Positions 37,375 to 50,253 are shown, counted from the whole stretch's first letter. The stretch: 62,752 nt of DNA, filler included, from Basidiobolus ranarum (GCA_040143965.1; 24 parts of 24 records of this genome joined end to end with filler, not necessarily neighbours in it); one strand, 5' to 3'. Numbers and translations: made by a program. Notes: generated by a model from the letters alone, not told the origin.

Positions 37375-39241
37375 ATGTCACACTCTTGTGCTATGAAAGC
37401 TGGAGGCTTCATAGAGAAAATAATCACAAACTTGGTTACTGCACAAAGCCTGGTGAATATCCACAGTAATCAGTACACAAAATTTACTTTAGTTTTGCCC
37501 ATTGAGTCCACCAACTGTGCTTTACCACAAAGTTTTGGTAACACTGCCACAAGTCAAGATACCGTGGAGTTACCACAGTTTTATGACCAGAATGATTTAG
37601 GTCAAAATGCAACTTTGGCCAAACCAGTATGTCCAGACAGCTTTAGTACATGCTGCTAGATGTTGACCTTGGCTATTCTAGTACTGATGGTAGTATATCA
37701 AAAGTTGAAGAAGAAGACATTGGTTTTGTTACAGACTCTTTGTCATTGGCTAACATTACTCCAGTCATAACACTTACAGTAAAAGAGGCAGCTTTGATTA
37801 TTGAGGAGTGGGGAGTTCAATTGAATCTTAGCCACAAGGTGTTTGTTGGTTTTCTTACACTCTTACCAGAGTTAATTGGCAACTGTTGGTTGCCACAAAC
37901 CTGGTACAAGTGGAAAACACTTGTCAGTTGTGTGACTTATAATCCTTCAGTAATTAAACTACCCTCATTTTCAAATGGTTGTTTGGCTTTCAACAGTGAT
38001 CTGAAAAACCTGAAGTCATCTACTGTTGGCACACAAGTGTCAATCACTGAATCAGGAAAATATTGTTCATATTTGGCTTACATACTGCTGATTCCCCATC
38101 TTAAAGTTTGTATGAAATCACCCAAATATAGATCATTGATCCAATGCCAAAGTACTCACCATCAAGCTGATGGTATTACCAATATACCTAATGGATATCA
38201 CTATCATAATCTGAAAAGTCTAGGTTTCTTTGAAAACATGTATGATCATGCATTTGTGTTGGCTCTGGATGGTTTCTTACTAAACAAATATACCATTGGG
38301 AAGGTTTGCTGGCCAATAATTTTAATTTACTTAAATCTTCCTCCTTCTGAATGGTAAAAGAGTCATAATATTTTGATACTATTCATCATATTGGAACCTA
38401 AATCATCAGTTCTTATAGACAGCTTCTTGGAGCCTTTGATGGCGGAATTTGTTCAGTTATCTAATGGGGTTCAGATGGGTGAATATCTGATTAGAGCTAA
38501 TATCAATGTATGTATTGGTGGCACTCCTGCCATCACTAAACTTGGAGGTTTTTGTGGGCACAATGCATTATCTTGCTGTATATTTTGTCAAATCAATACA
38601 GTCTACTCAAACAGGCATATGCATTACTACTATCCAAACACACAACTAAACTCGATGACTTTACCATCAAGAGCCCAGTCAGATTTCAACATGATCATTG
38701 ATATCAATTCACCAAATAGTCAGTCTAACATCAAACTTGGTATTGGCCTTAGGCCTATGATTTTATTGCTAAAGAGGATCAGCTGGAGCCAGAGCTTCCC
38801 ATTAGGCACTATGCACTTACTATTCAACAACATTCCAATAATACTTACTCAGCAATATAGTGGAAAATTCAGTAAGAATGAGCCATTTGAGATAGGATCA
38901 AAGTTTGAATCAATTGGGAAAATGCTTGAAAACATCAAGATACCATCATATTTTACCAGGACTCCCTTCAATATCCACTCATCTAGAGATTTATTCAGAT
39001 GCAAAGACTGGAAGTATTGTATTTGGATATATTCAAGTGACATCTGAAAAAGTTCCTGCCTGATAAGTATTAGTAACATTGAGAGTTGTTTGTGGACATT
39101 GTTAACTTATTCTTATCGCTTCAACTCACATTGGCAGATCTCTGGCAGATAGAGAAACTGTGCAAAGATTTTGTATTTGGAGATGAAAAACTTTATTACA
39201 GGTAGAAAGAAGATAGAATGAATCTATGCCAGTATACAATA
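37375..39241 (+). mobile_element. Tnp2-family transposase pseudogene (best-preserved copy)
   Basis: ORFs 37650-38357 and 38373-39047: FVLALDGF, CWPIILIYLNLPP, DSFLEPL, CIGGTPA..GHNA..CIFC, MHLLFNN, FRCKDWK. Confidence 0.92.
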
Positions 39242-39341
39242 NNNNNNNNNNNNNNNNNNNNNNNNNNNNNNNNNNNNNNNNNNNNTTAATTAATTAANNN
39301 NNNNNNNNNNNNNNNNNNNNNNNNNNNNNNNNNNNNNNNNN

Positions 39342-41024
39342 CGTCAATCAGATTTCGATGGAGTGTTTTGAGTACAGCATTACTCTAATATCATAGAAAG
39401 GTGTGAGGTAAAAGAGCGAAGCAATAAACGGAGATCTTGAGAAGATGTGTACCGTTCCAATAATAAAAGATCTAGTATCTTCTGTTTCGATCATATCTAA
39501 CTGCTGCAACGGAAAGTACGGTTGAAAAAAGCAACCCTAGGGTACGGTGATGTGCTATGTTAGAGAATAGTCCCTCATAAACCATCACTTTTACCAGCTT
39601 ACCTCGTTAAATATGTCCAATGGAAGAGCCATTTTTTCGAAGAATACTTGTCTCTCATCATTGAAGTCGTGAACTACGGCTTTTTTGCCATTGGATAGGC
39701 GATCGGGGGAGCCACATTCTTGTAAATGGCTCAAAAGTCCTAGATATAAGAAAGTAAGCACCAAGAAAAGATTGGTATTCTTAAGTCAGGATATCATCCC
39801 CATTTACCTGGGACTAACGAGACTAGAGCATATTGAAAAGCGCACAAATCTTCGACTGGATGGCCGTAGAACATAACCTTAGGGAAACTGGATTAGATTA
39901 TGGGCATGAGGCATATTATGTGAAGAGCTTATCACGCACTCGTTTTTCCAGCAGAAGTAACTTGAACAAAACCAAAGTTTTCGACTTGAATCTTCTCACT
40001 AGATCCTGCAAGGATATCCCTTAACAACAATAAAAAGATGAAGATTTCTGTGTCAACTAATTATCGCATAATATCAATTCAGAATCTCGCTATTACCCAA
40101 GTAAAGAGAAGAGCTGGCGACACCTGTGTGAAATTTCGTACTGACACTTTCATAAAGTTTCTTTTAAAACGAAATCAAATCAGAATTTGCATGTCAATGG
40201 GAGCTACAATACAATATATAATTCACTTGCCACGATAATTTCCTTCTGCGTGAAATCTCCTTGATCAAAATACGCGGCCGTTACTGCTGTTAATTGATCT
40301 CTGACAGAACCCACCACTGCCTATAGATTTAAGTTAGTGATATACGAAAGTATGTACCATGTGAGTGGAAAGTAATTCTCAATAACATACCTGTCTAGTG
40401 ATTATAACGACTGCTTTTTGAACCGAAGCACGTGTAATATCAGAGGTCTTATTTTTGACTTTCTACAAGAAAGTAAAACGTAGAAACATTAGACTTTCAA
40501 GGTACAAATTTGGGATAAATCATCACTAGATTTCACTAACTGAGGTTTCAACTTGTCGAAAGCAAGAAATTCCAAATAGAGTCATATTCGAAAATGGATA
40601 GTCGATCTCTCGTCTAATAGGTGGTAAATGAAAATAACAAATTTGTTGTTCATTTAAGTGCGCTCCGTCTTGTAGTAAAAAAAGGTTATTTGATGTATGA
40701 AGTTAATTAGGTTGTTTTTAGTGACGGGAATTTCTCCATTTAGTGAGCCCTACCTGGCAAAGCTAAGAAAGGTAAGAAAGCCCATTCGTTTGGTACTTTG
40801 GGGAAACCAACTTCAGTATGTAGTTCTTCGTCTTCCGCAAAGCAGGGTAAAGGTGGGTGGGCAAACTCTACTATAGGGCCGAGTTGGTGGTGGCTAGTTT
40901 TAACAAACCAACGTAAATGGTTAGTATTTGTAGTTAGTAATAATAGGTGAATAAAGTTTTTTACTGACAAAGCAACCACTAAAACGTGCGCTACTATTGG
41001 TAAGTCTTCTACTTTGTTTGACAT
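39342..41024 (-). CDS. AVL9: AVL9/DENN-like late secretory pathway protein, multi-exon, 3' truncated
   Basis: Spliced exons give VVAFHHQLGPIVE, WAFLPFLALPDGAH, TLFGISCFRQ, DITRASVQKAVV, YFDQGDF, TLVLFKLLLLEKRVMFYG, FQPYFPLQQ. Confidence 0.93.
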
Positions 41025-41426
41025 CTGTGTTTCTTTCACAAGTAACAATTCACTTTCTCAAATATATGACAAAAATGAACTGACAATATACTAAAGGCTA
41101 CGAAAAGCATGTCACACGATATAATATACATTTATGCTAAATGATCTCGCTGATCAAGTAAACTTGACTCAGACCACCATGTTGATTAACCATTTTGCCT
41201 AAACTGCTCTTCGGCTAAAAAAAATTGTGAATCGATGACAGGGGATTAGATATATTGGAATGATGCATAATTTGGCTCATTCCAATGGATTCATACCCCC
41301 TGCTACTAAATTGCAAAATGATGGTCCACAAAACTGAGCAAATTGTGTCTTTGAATCATCCTCTTTCCGTGTGGAGAATCCTCTTGCCTCTCGCCTTCAG
41401 GAATTCATCTTCAGAAATAAAGCAAC

Positions 41427-41856
41427 ATGGTAAGAGATTAGACATTCATCCAACCCTAACCAAGGATATTTGTTAGAGAGAGTAGCATGTAGTCCAGTGT
41501 TTTGCAAACAAAAATCGATTTAACCAAGTAATTCATCCATCACTGCTTGATGGTTACTTGATTTATGTAGCTTTTCTCTAGACAAGATATCTTACAAGAT
41601 CTATGTTATATGAACTATTGAACTCAAACTGTTGTGTTTTCCCCTTTAGGCTGACCAACAAAGTGCTGAAATTAAGAAGAAGAGAACATTCCGTAAGTAC
41701 TCTTACCGTGGTGTTGACCTCGACCAACTTTTGGACTTATCCAGTGAACAATTCATGGAACTTGTTCACTGCCGTGCCCGTAGAAAGTTCAACCGTGGTC
41801 TTAAGCGCAAGCCTATGGGTCTCATCAAGAAATTGAGAAAGGCTAAGACTGAGGCT
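41427..41856 (+). CDS. RPS15: 40S ribosomal protein S15 (uS19); ATG-only exon 1, intron 41430-41649, 3' truncated
   Basis: [48 protein letters not shown]. Confidence 0.96.
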
Positions 41857-41956
41857 NNNNNNNNNNNNNNNNNNNNNNNNNNNNNNNNNNNNNNNNNNNN
41901 TTAATTAATTAANNNNNNNNNNNNNNNNNNNNNNNNNNNNNNNNNNNNNNNNNNNN

Positions 41957-42340
41957 TAGAGATGATGCAGGATCTTGTTTAGTCGCGTATTTTACATCCA
42001 TATGGTGTGATCGGAGCTCGCAAATAATCACTGGTAGAACATCCAACCACCATGGTACCAGAAGGCTCCGTGGGCATGTACATGATTTGGAAGAATACGC
42101 ACAGCACTGCTCTATAGAGACATGTATTGAGGCGAAGAAGCCAATCAATGGAATCCCAATATGTATTGCGTTTGATGTTGAGCCCAAATTCTGCGTACTA
42201 CAATGATTATTAGCAGATCAAATCAAATACACTCAAATATAATATGAATAGCTTGTTCACTCTGTCCAATGATCCTTTGAGGGGCAATGTACGATGATTG
42301 ATGCAAAGCTGACTATTTGAAACAAGATTGAATAGGCCAT
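41957..42340 (-). CDS. Hypothetical spliced protein, 3' truncated
   Basis: ATG at 42340; GT..CTAAT..TAG intron 42198-42260 keeps the frame into the ORF open to the contig edge; no family recognised. Confidence 0.35.
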
Positions 42341-42600
42341 GTATTTCGCTCTATCGCGTGATTGTACTGTACAATCCAACAAAGACTCATCCAATGATCA
42401 CATGTTGCATCTCCCTCGCCATAGCCTTCCTATATTCCATGCTATACTATTCCTAATAAACATAAGAATTGAGGTATGACATCAAGTCACATGAGCCAAG
42501 ACCTCCCAAATTATCATTCATCTCTGTTACAGACATATGTTACCTTATTCAATATATGCTGTTCATTTAACTACTTCCTTTAGTCAGGCTAACACTAATT

Positions 42601-43306
42601 ATGACACCTGATAGAGGAGACAACCCAGTATATGAGTACCATGAACTCTACCCAAGGCGGTATTTTCGCCAATTCTTCAGTGTTATTTCAACAAGAGCCT
42701 ACACAGTGGTTTCGCTTTTGTTCATAGTGGCCTACACTTTAACGCTGATCTCGGTTTTTCATGACAATTGGTTGAATTTCCGAATATCTGGCCCTTTTAA
42801 ATCTAACACATATTATGGTCTATGGAAAAAGTGCTCTTCCTCTGATTGTCGCGCTTTTCCCGATCCAAGTAAAGGTGACTGTAATGAGGCGGGTTTTTGT
42901 GAGAAGTGGCAGGTGGCTCAGAGCAGTATGAGTATTGCTGGAGTATTTGGTATATTGGTACTTATCCTTCTTGGGACCGTCTTTTTGTTAAGCCCTAATC
43001 GTCAGGCACATAGCTGGAAATGTATAGTGCCTTGCTTGCTAATACATGGTTAGCATTCTTCGAAATCTTGACTTTTACTTATATATCTATGTGCTTACAA
43101 AGTTCGTTTTTCGTATAGCTATATGTCAAATTATTCCAATGGCCATCATAGCTAATCTCTATGGAAATTCACCTCGGTTTTACTTTGGAACAAAATATGA
43201 TTTCGCCTTTCTTTCTTGTATTACTAGTTGGATGTTGGATGTGGTTTGTGGAGTGATACTTTTCTCTATTGGAATGACAAGTCCTCCTGACTACGAGCCG
43301 TTCTAA
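42601..43306 (+). CDS. Claudin/PMP22/SUR7-like tetraspan membrane protein; intron 43049-43118
   Basis: Four TM segments; W..YGLWKKC..C claudin-superfamily motif; GT-AG intron joins the two ORFs in frame. Confidence 0.85.
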
Positions 43307-44261
43307 ACCTCGCCCACGGTCGATTATCTTTGGTTTTGTCAGCTCACTTTTCTACAACTGGACGAATATGCAATGTACTTGCAATTATTATCTCACTTGT
43401 ATCTATATTATTCTACTATATTTTTATTTAGTAAACGTTGTCTTCACACAATATCTCAATCAGATACGATACCTTCTTTATAATATTTGTAAAATGGAAC
43501 ATTGCATCTAGTCCATTCACTTCAAAGGTTTCTGAAATGGAATTTTTAGCTATTACTTCTAGAAATGACTTTGGACAACTTAAAATTTATTTGAAATAAA
43601 CATACATAAAAAGGATTGACCCAATTGTATATGAACGACTCTCCACACTAAGAAATAGAGCATAACTCATTGATTAGCAGTCAAGTATATATATAGTTCA
43701 TTGATGTATTCACTTTAGTATATATTGCCGTCATGAAAACATCTCTTTGGCATTATAAACGAACACTACCACGCTTGAAGGGATGTCAGGAGTTTTGACA
43801 ATAAACTAGTAAACTTTGTCCTTAAGGTGGGAGTATTTTTAACAATTGCCACGGTATCGTATCCTCATGATTATTCGGTTCTCATGACAGCATTATTATC
43901 ACTTGATGAAGGATTCAGAAATTAGCTGATTATGCTGATTCAAGACCCGGGGGCTTAGATATCTTGAAAAGGGTTTAGCGTTTGGATCATTTTTTGCACC
44001 GCACTGATATGTATTATCAAACTCTGAACAGTGTATTCATTAGTGTTCACCTTGGATTTCAAAAGCTGACTAGTATAATGAGAATGTAATTTCATTGTAA
44101 AACGAAATCTGGTTTGGCTGAACTTTTTGGGTGTCGAGGGGACTTTCACTTTTACACTACCAAAACTTAGTTGGTTTGAAATCTGGTGTTGAATTGCAGA
44201 CTATTGACAAATTGTGATGCAAGTTAAAATCATATCTTTATTCATATTGGAAAGACTATCT

Positions 44262-44471
44262 TTAAGCAGAAGTTCTTTTGAAGAAGTTTTGAAGAGGACC
44301 ATGTTCAGTGATGTACTTGACATAACAACCATCAGGTTGGAGACGACCGGCTTGACGTTCAACGATGTATTCGTCACGAGTAAGCTTAGTGAAACCCCAC
44401 TTCTTGGAAAGAATAATCTTTTGTTGTCCAGGGAACTTGTATTTGGCACGACGAAGAGCCTCAATAACTAC
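44262..44471 (-). CDS. RPL10: 60S ribosomal protein L10 (uL16) C-terminus
   Basis: [38 protein letters not shown]; this frame is not in the ORF track. Confidence 0.96.
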   Translation of the reverse strand, partial: VVIEALRRAKYKFPGQQKIILSKKWGFTKLTRDEYIVERQAGRLQPDGCYVKYITEHGPLQNFFKRTSA

Positions 44472-44689
44472 NNNNNNNNNNNNNNNNNNNNNNNNNNNNN
44501 NNNNNNNNNNNNNNNTTAATTAATTAANNNNNNNNNNNNNNNNNNNNNNNNNNNNNNNNNNNNNNNNNNNNAACAAAACCTTTTTCTAAATATTTTTTAT
44601 CTAAATTTTTTTGTTCACCCAAAATTATTCTTTGGACAAAAATTTTATAAATTGGAACAAACAGGTCGTCGAAATTAACATATAGCACA

Positions 44690-46033
44690 ATCTTGCACTA
44701 TCACAGAGAACAAGTCCAATGAACAATGCAAGCCAGATTTGAGGATCAATATTTTAACATGTATGAATACCTTAAGAGACCTTCAAAAAACAACTGTCAC
44801 ACCATCAAAATCCCTGGCAGATTGCAAGCCAACAATTTTGTGACGGTTCTCTGATGGTTTTGCTATTTTGGAGGGTGAATCAAATCCAGATCAAATCAAT
44901 TTTATTTTTGTTAGGGAGCTTCTTGGAGACTTTAAAGGTGGAATTTGAATGGTTATTTGATGGGGTTTAGATGGGTCAATATTTTATCAAAGTTAATGTC
45001 TTTATATGCATTGGTGACACTGCAGCCATCAATAGATTTGGAGGTTTTTGCAGGCACAATGCACTCTCTTGCTCTAAATTTTTTTAAATCAACAGAGTTT
45101 ACTCTACCAGCTATATGCATTACTACTCTCAAAAACAACATTAAACCCCATGAGCTTACCATCAAGAGCGCAATCAGATTTCAACATGCTCAAAGAGCCT
45201 GGTCAGAGTTCAATTTGATCACTGATATCGATTCACAAAATAGTCAGTCTAATATCAAACTTTGGAATAGCCACAAGTCTAAGATTATATTACTAATGGT
45301 ATCAGCTAGAGCCAGATTTTCCCAGTAGGCACTATGCACTTACTATTCAATCACATTTCAATACCTCTTATTCAGATATATGCTGGAAAATTCTATATGA
45401 ATGAGCCATTTAAGCTAGGGTCAATGTTTCAATATATTAGGAAAGAGCTTGAAAGCATCACAATACCATCATTATTTACCAGGACCCACATCAATATATG
45501 ATAAAAGTGTTCAGAGGACTTGGAAGTGTTTTGGACAAAAATCGGAATTGTGAGTTAGACACTTTAGCTTTATTGAAATTAATATGTCCTATTTATAGTT
45601 ACTATGAAATAGGACTATTGGACATGTTTAGATTTTAACAAACATGCCTGTCAAGCATGGATGAAAATTTGAGATACAAACTTGTGTTGGGTATGAGCTA
45701 AACCTTAGGTATGAAGAACTCTATAAAAATATTCCGGAGAATATATCAATGATACTAGGGATTTCAAAGGTGACAAATTAGTATTCAAGTGGTAAAAGTG
45801 TAAAATTTTAAGTTCATTTTTTGCACATGGATCGAGCCATAGTTCTCTAATAATGAAACCAATCATGGGCAACTATTTTGCAAGATCTCAAAATTTCACT
45901 CCTGAAACTGAAAAAATGGATTAAAACCAAATCTGGGTTGACAATTTCATGAAGGTAAGTAAACAGTCAATCCCAAATGGATTAAAATTGTGATGGTTTT
46001 CCTATGATCACAATCCTCAAATTTCTGTTAGAG
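44690..46033 (+). mobile_element. CMC mosaic: end B (to 44916), tnp2 fragment (44917-45500), ORF2 tail and end A (45670-46033)
   Basis: ATTTTTGTTAGGG at 44904-44916; ATTTCTGTTAGAG at 46021-46033; homology to the other copies. Confidence 0.85.
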
Positions 46034-47085
46034 ATTATATAATATGTAAATAATGTGAGAATTAGCAAGTCTGTATTGGAAATATCAGACTTGTCCAAAT
46101 TGCCCCAATGATAGCTCATTTTACTCCAACAGATGTTCTGAACACAACCCCAGAGTTAGTTCTCTGTATTTCCACCAAAATCTATAAGTGCTTTATTTCT
46201 GGACAATATATAATTATTGCACAAAGCTATTCACAACTCCACTTTTCCAAAGTTCCCCCAAACAGCACTTATTTCCCAATAGGTTATGAGCCCCATGCGC
46301 TGATCTTTACAGCATGACAGAAATCACTACTACCACTTTGATTAACTCAAGTGTTGAAAAGCTTGATGGAGAAAATTACAATTTCTGGAAGTTAAAAATG
46401 CAAATCATGCTGGAAGACAGGGAGCTTTGGAATGTATTCTCTGGAGATGAAAAGGAACCTTCTGACCCTTCTTTATTGGAAGCTTACAAGAAAAGAGACA
46501 AGAAGGCCTTTAATGTCAATTATCAAAGTTTGAAGGATTCACAACTTGTGAATATTCAATATGCAAAGACTTCCTACCAAGCTTGGACTATATTGGAAGA
46601 ATGTTATGAAGCAAAGAGTCTTGCTAATACACTCTTTCTCAAACAAAAATTCTTCAATATAAAGATGGAAAAGTCTGAAAGCATGGTTACTCATATTGCA
46701 AATTTGAGATCTTTGGCAAAGCAACTGGAAAATATTGGTGCAACTTTACAGGAAGAAGATGTCGTTGTGACTCTTCTGAGTAGTCTACCAGAACAGTATT
46801 CAAACTAGGTCGCGGCTATGGAAGCAAGATCTGACAAGTTGTCTGTGGAGATTTGTGGCAGCAAGGCTAATGGATCAGCATCTCAGAAGTAAGAATTTGG
46901 AAAAAGAATCTGAGGAAGTGGCTCTTTTGGAGCCAGAAAATGTAGCTTTGGCCCATACAAAGATTAAAAAAGAAGGAAACCTGGTTTGTGCTATGATTGT
47001 AACAAACCAGGACACCAGGTAAAGATTACAAATCAAGAAATTACAACAAAAATGAGAAGTGATAACAAGCAAGTCAGGTTTCAAC
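46034..47085 (+). mobile_element. Copia family A 5' end: LTR (to 46281), PBS, gag (from 46314)
   Basis: EKLDGENYNFWKLKMQIML..LW; gag helical domain; CYDCNKPGH knuckle. Confidence 0.93.
46282..46293 (+). promoter_or_regulatory. Primer-binding site complementary to the initiator tRNA-Met anticodon arm
   Basis: GGTTATGAGCCC directly after the LTR end ..CCCAATA. Confidence 0.88.
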
Positions 47086-47919
47086 NNNNNNNNNNNNNNN
47101 NNNNNNNNNNNNNNNNNNNNNNNNNNNNNTTAATTAATTAANNNNNNNNNNNNNNNNNNNNNNNNNNNNNNNNNNNNNNNNNNNNGCTTTCCATCCTCAT
47201 GTGTTTCATTATATATAATCTTGCAGACTTCTGAATGCATGAAGATATAGTATTCTCTCCAAAGCAGAGTCAAAAGTTGCTACCACTTTTGTCTATTGCC
47301 CCTGCCCCAGCTACTGTCAACTTTATCAGTAACTCCCATATATACAAGCAATAATTCACAGTGGATACCAGGGCATCTGTAAACTGATTTCATGCACACT
47401 GCTTTGTGCCACCTACACCTTCATTTGACTGTGCATTTAAAATTTTGGAAATGGTGGTTTCCTGTAACAAAGTAGATTGCAAATCAGGAAGAATCTAATT
47501 TTACATGATACATAACTACCCTATACATCAGTTATATTAGACTTGATTTATTTCAATCAGATTCAGGGATCTCTTTACATTATTGGTTATAGTGTCAAAG
47601 TGAATTTCCTATAGTGTGAACAAGCATGATGCGTTCCACATTGAGCCATTTTGATATGTGCATCTAATAAATTGATTCTGATTGAACCTTGATCAACTTT
47701 GGTGATGCAGCTTATTTTATAAATTCCATACAATTACCCATAATTGACATAATCAGGAGAATTAATGTAAACAGAAATTTTGTCATACAGAATGTAGGGA
47801 ATTTTACCATGATTATTGAAATTCTCAGATAAATATCTCATGCAAGCTGGATTGGTCTATATTGTGCTAGCCCACTGCAATATTAGTATCATGCTCTCCA
47901 TTTAATTTAAATGGTCATT

Positions 47920-49160
47920 GCTTGTTAATCCAAAAGCAACCACTTGCTATCCTATCTCCCCCTTAAAAGCTATGTTTGAGAAATACTGTGGCTCATATAC
48001 TCCAATACCAACCAGAGAGCAGCTATTGAATTTGTTTTGCCACCACAAAAATTATTGTCCAATTAGATTTCAATGCACTGTCAATGGTTGTAAAAGTGGG
48101 AGAGGCTTTCATACCGGGCTCCATGTACATATGAATCATCTAGCTTCAGTGATTCACAATGTTGAAGGTGCCTTGGACAAATGATTCAGAGACTCTAGTT
48201 TCCATGTATTTCCTGGAATATTTTGTTGAGAGAATATGGACTGTTTGGAGGAACTGTAGAAAAGTAGAATTGTGAATAGCTTTGTGAGGAAATCATTTAT
48301 TGTCCAGAAATGAAGCATATATACATTTTGGTAGAAATACAGAAAACTAACACTGGGGTTGTGTTCAAAACATCTATGGGAGTATAATGAGCTATCTTTG
48401 GGGCAATTTGGACAGGTTTGAAATTTTCAATGTGGAATTGCTAATTCTCATATTATTCACATGTGTATATAATGCATGTTTTGTTTTGCAGTTAAGTGAT
48501 ATTTGACTAAGTAATTCTAACTAGCTTATAAGTGATATACGCAATAGTTAGGTGTGTGAAGATAGAGAAAACAAATATGATAAAGACAATAAACTTCAAC
48601 ATATTCTCTATTAGATTTCTTATCAAACATATTCTTGACACACTTCCTGTGAGATTCAACAGGCCTAGAAGCAACCTAAAGCTATTCGATTGTGGGAAAT
48701 AAAAAGCTCACTGTGTAAAGTTCCAGGCTTTGACAAATTTGGAAGGCAGCATCATTTGGTTTAGTGGGCCACATCCAGGGAGACACCATGACAAAAGCTT
48801 TGGGTTGAGAAGCATGCACCATTTGTTAGATATGAGAAGACTATGGCTGATTTGGCATATGTTGGGGAAGAATGCAGAAAGCTAGAATATATCAAAGCTA
48901 ACAAGAGACCCAGAGGAGGGATACTTACAGAGAGGCAATAGCTTTATAATGACATTTTTTCCCATTTCAGAGCAAGAATAGCACAGAGCTTTGGTTTCCT
49001 AAAGATATAAAGCATTATAGCAGGAGAATATAGAGGAAAACTATCTTGTGGCCCTCAACCAAAGTTAGGCAAAGCAGTCAAAATCTTGATTAATTCTTGC
49101 TACATTCACACTCCAAGATATCCATTAAGAGCACTAGACTTAAGACACTATATATAAAGC
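47920..49160 (+). mobile_element. DDE_Tnp_4 (PIF/Harbinger/ISL2EU-like) transposase pseudogene split by a solo LTR
   Basis: KAHCVKFQ, IIWFSGPHPGRHHD, ADLAYVG, LYN..HFRARIAQSFGFLK; 5' boundary uncertain. Confidence 0.78.
48224..48601 (-). repeat. Solo LTR, copia family A (378 bp)
   Basis: TGTTG..CAACA termini; flanks TATTT and TATTC look like a 5-bp TSD with 1 mismatch. Confidence 0.88.
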
Positions 49161-49799
49161 TTTTGTCATCTGTTGAATGTGCAATAATGTGTAAAAGCTT
49201 TTATCTAAATACCCCCCATCAGCAAAGTTACTATTTCTTAAATGGTAAATAACATTATACCAGATAGTGCCCAATCATGCCAATTTGTGCTTGCACATTT
49301 TTTAGCTTGCCTGATCTGTCACCATGAAATTGAAAACTTCTTTTACTAAAGTCTACCATATTTTGAGTAAAAATTCATTCTCCAACACTGTCCCTTAATT
49401 CTTCTTCAATACTGTGTTTATACTAACTAATGTCTTTGCTTGCTCTTAAGTGTTGAGGCTTGAAGTTTTAAGTAGTTTTTTAGTATGTCTCCAAGCAGGT
49501 TTTCAGTTTACAATAAAAAAAGTTCACTTCTTTTTCTTGAACTTTCTCTCATATGAAATGATGACCAATCTCAAAATGTTTCTTCCATTGGTGATGCTCA
49601 GGACTTTTATGGATCTGAATACAACACATATTATCTTGATATTTTGAGATAGAATTAACTTGATCATATCTTAATTCCTTGTGAAGACTCTATAGCCATN
49701 NNNNNNNNNNNNNNNNNNNNNNNNNNNNNNNNNNNNNNNNNNNTTAATTAATTAANNNNNNNNNNNNNNNNNNNNNNNNNNNNNNNNNNNNNNNNNNNN

Positions 49800-50253
49800 G
49801 AGCAATATAAGAGAATGATTACTCATTGTGAAAGAAAGGTAGTGACGTTACCCTTCAGAATCGGTGGCGAACTCAGATGGAACAAAGCGCTTGACACCAG
49901 CTTGCTTGGCAGCCTCTACCAAAGCTAACTGTGGCTCAATAACAGCATAATCGTTAAGGACACTGATGACCACATCGACACCTTTCAACGCTTGTACAAG
50001 GGAGTCATGGTTAGCATAGTCTACAACGGCTACTTCAGCGTTGGGTTCTTGTTTGTCCTAGTACACGTAATAATAGAATGATTAAAGAGAGATTAGGTAC
50101 GATGGTAGAGCGCAATACCTTTGCTAATCTTACCTGTGCTCTTCTGGATAGGATCTTCACTTGGAAAGTACCATGTGCTAACAGCGCTTGGACGATCAGA
50201 CTACCAAAGCTGCCATTACCACCAGCAACTGCAATTACTTTGAAACTAGACAT
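49800..50253 (-). CDS. NmrA-like/isoflavone reductase family protein, N-terminal exons; intron 50058-50133
   Basis: IAVAGGNGSFG, VDY..SLVQALKGVDVVIS, QLALVEAAKQAGVKRFVPSEF. Confidence 0.92.

Noticed and set aside
41603..41836. ORF-track proteins at 41603 and 44201
   Set aside because: Wrong frames; the real products are RPS15 and RPL10
47186..47900. Faint protease-like (VDTRAS) and copia-like remnants
   Set aside because: Too degraded to assign or delimit
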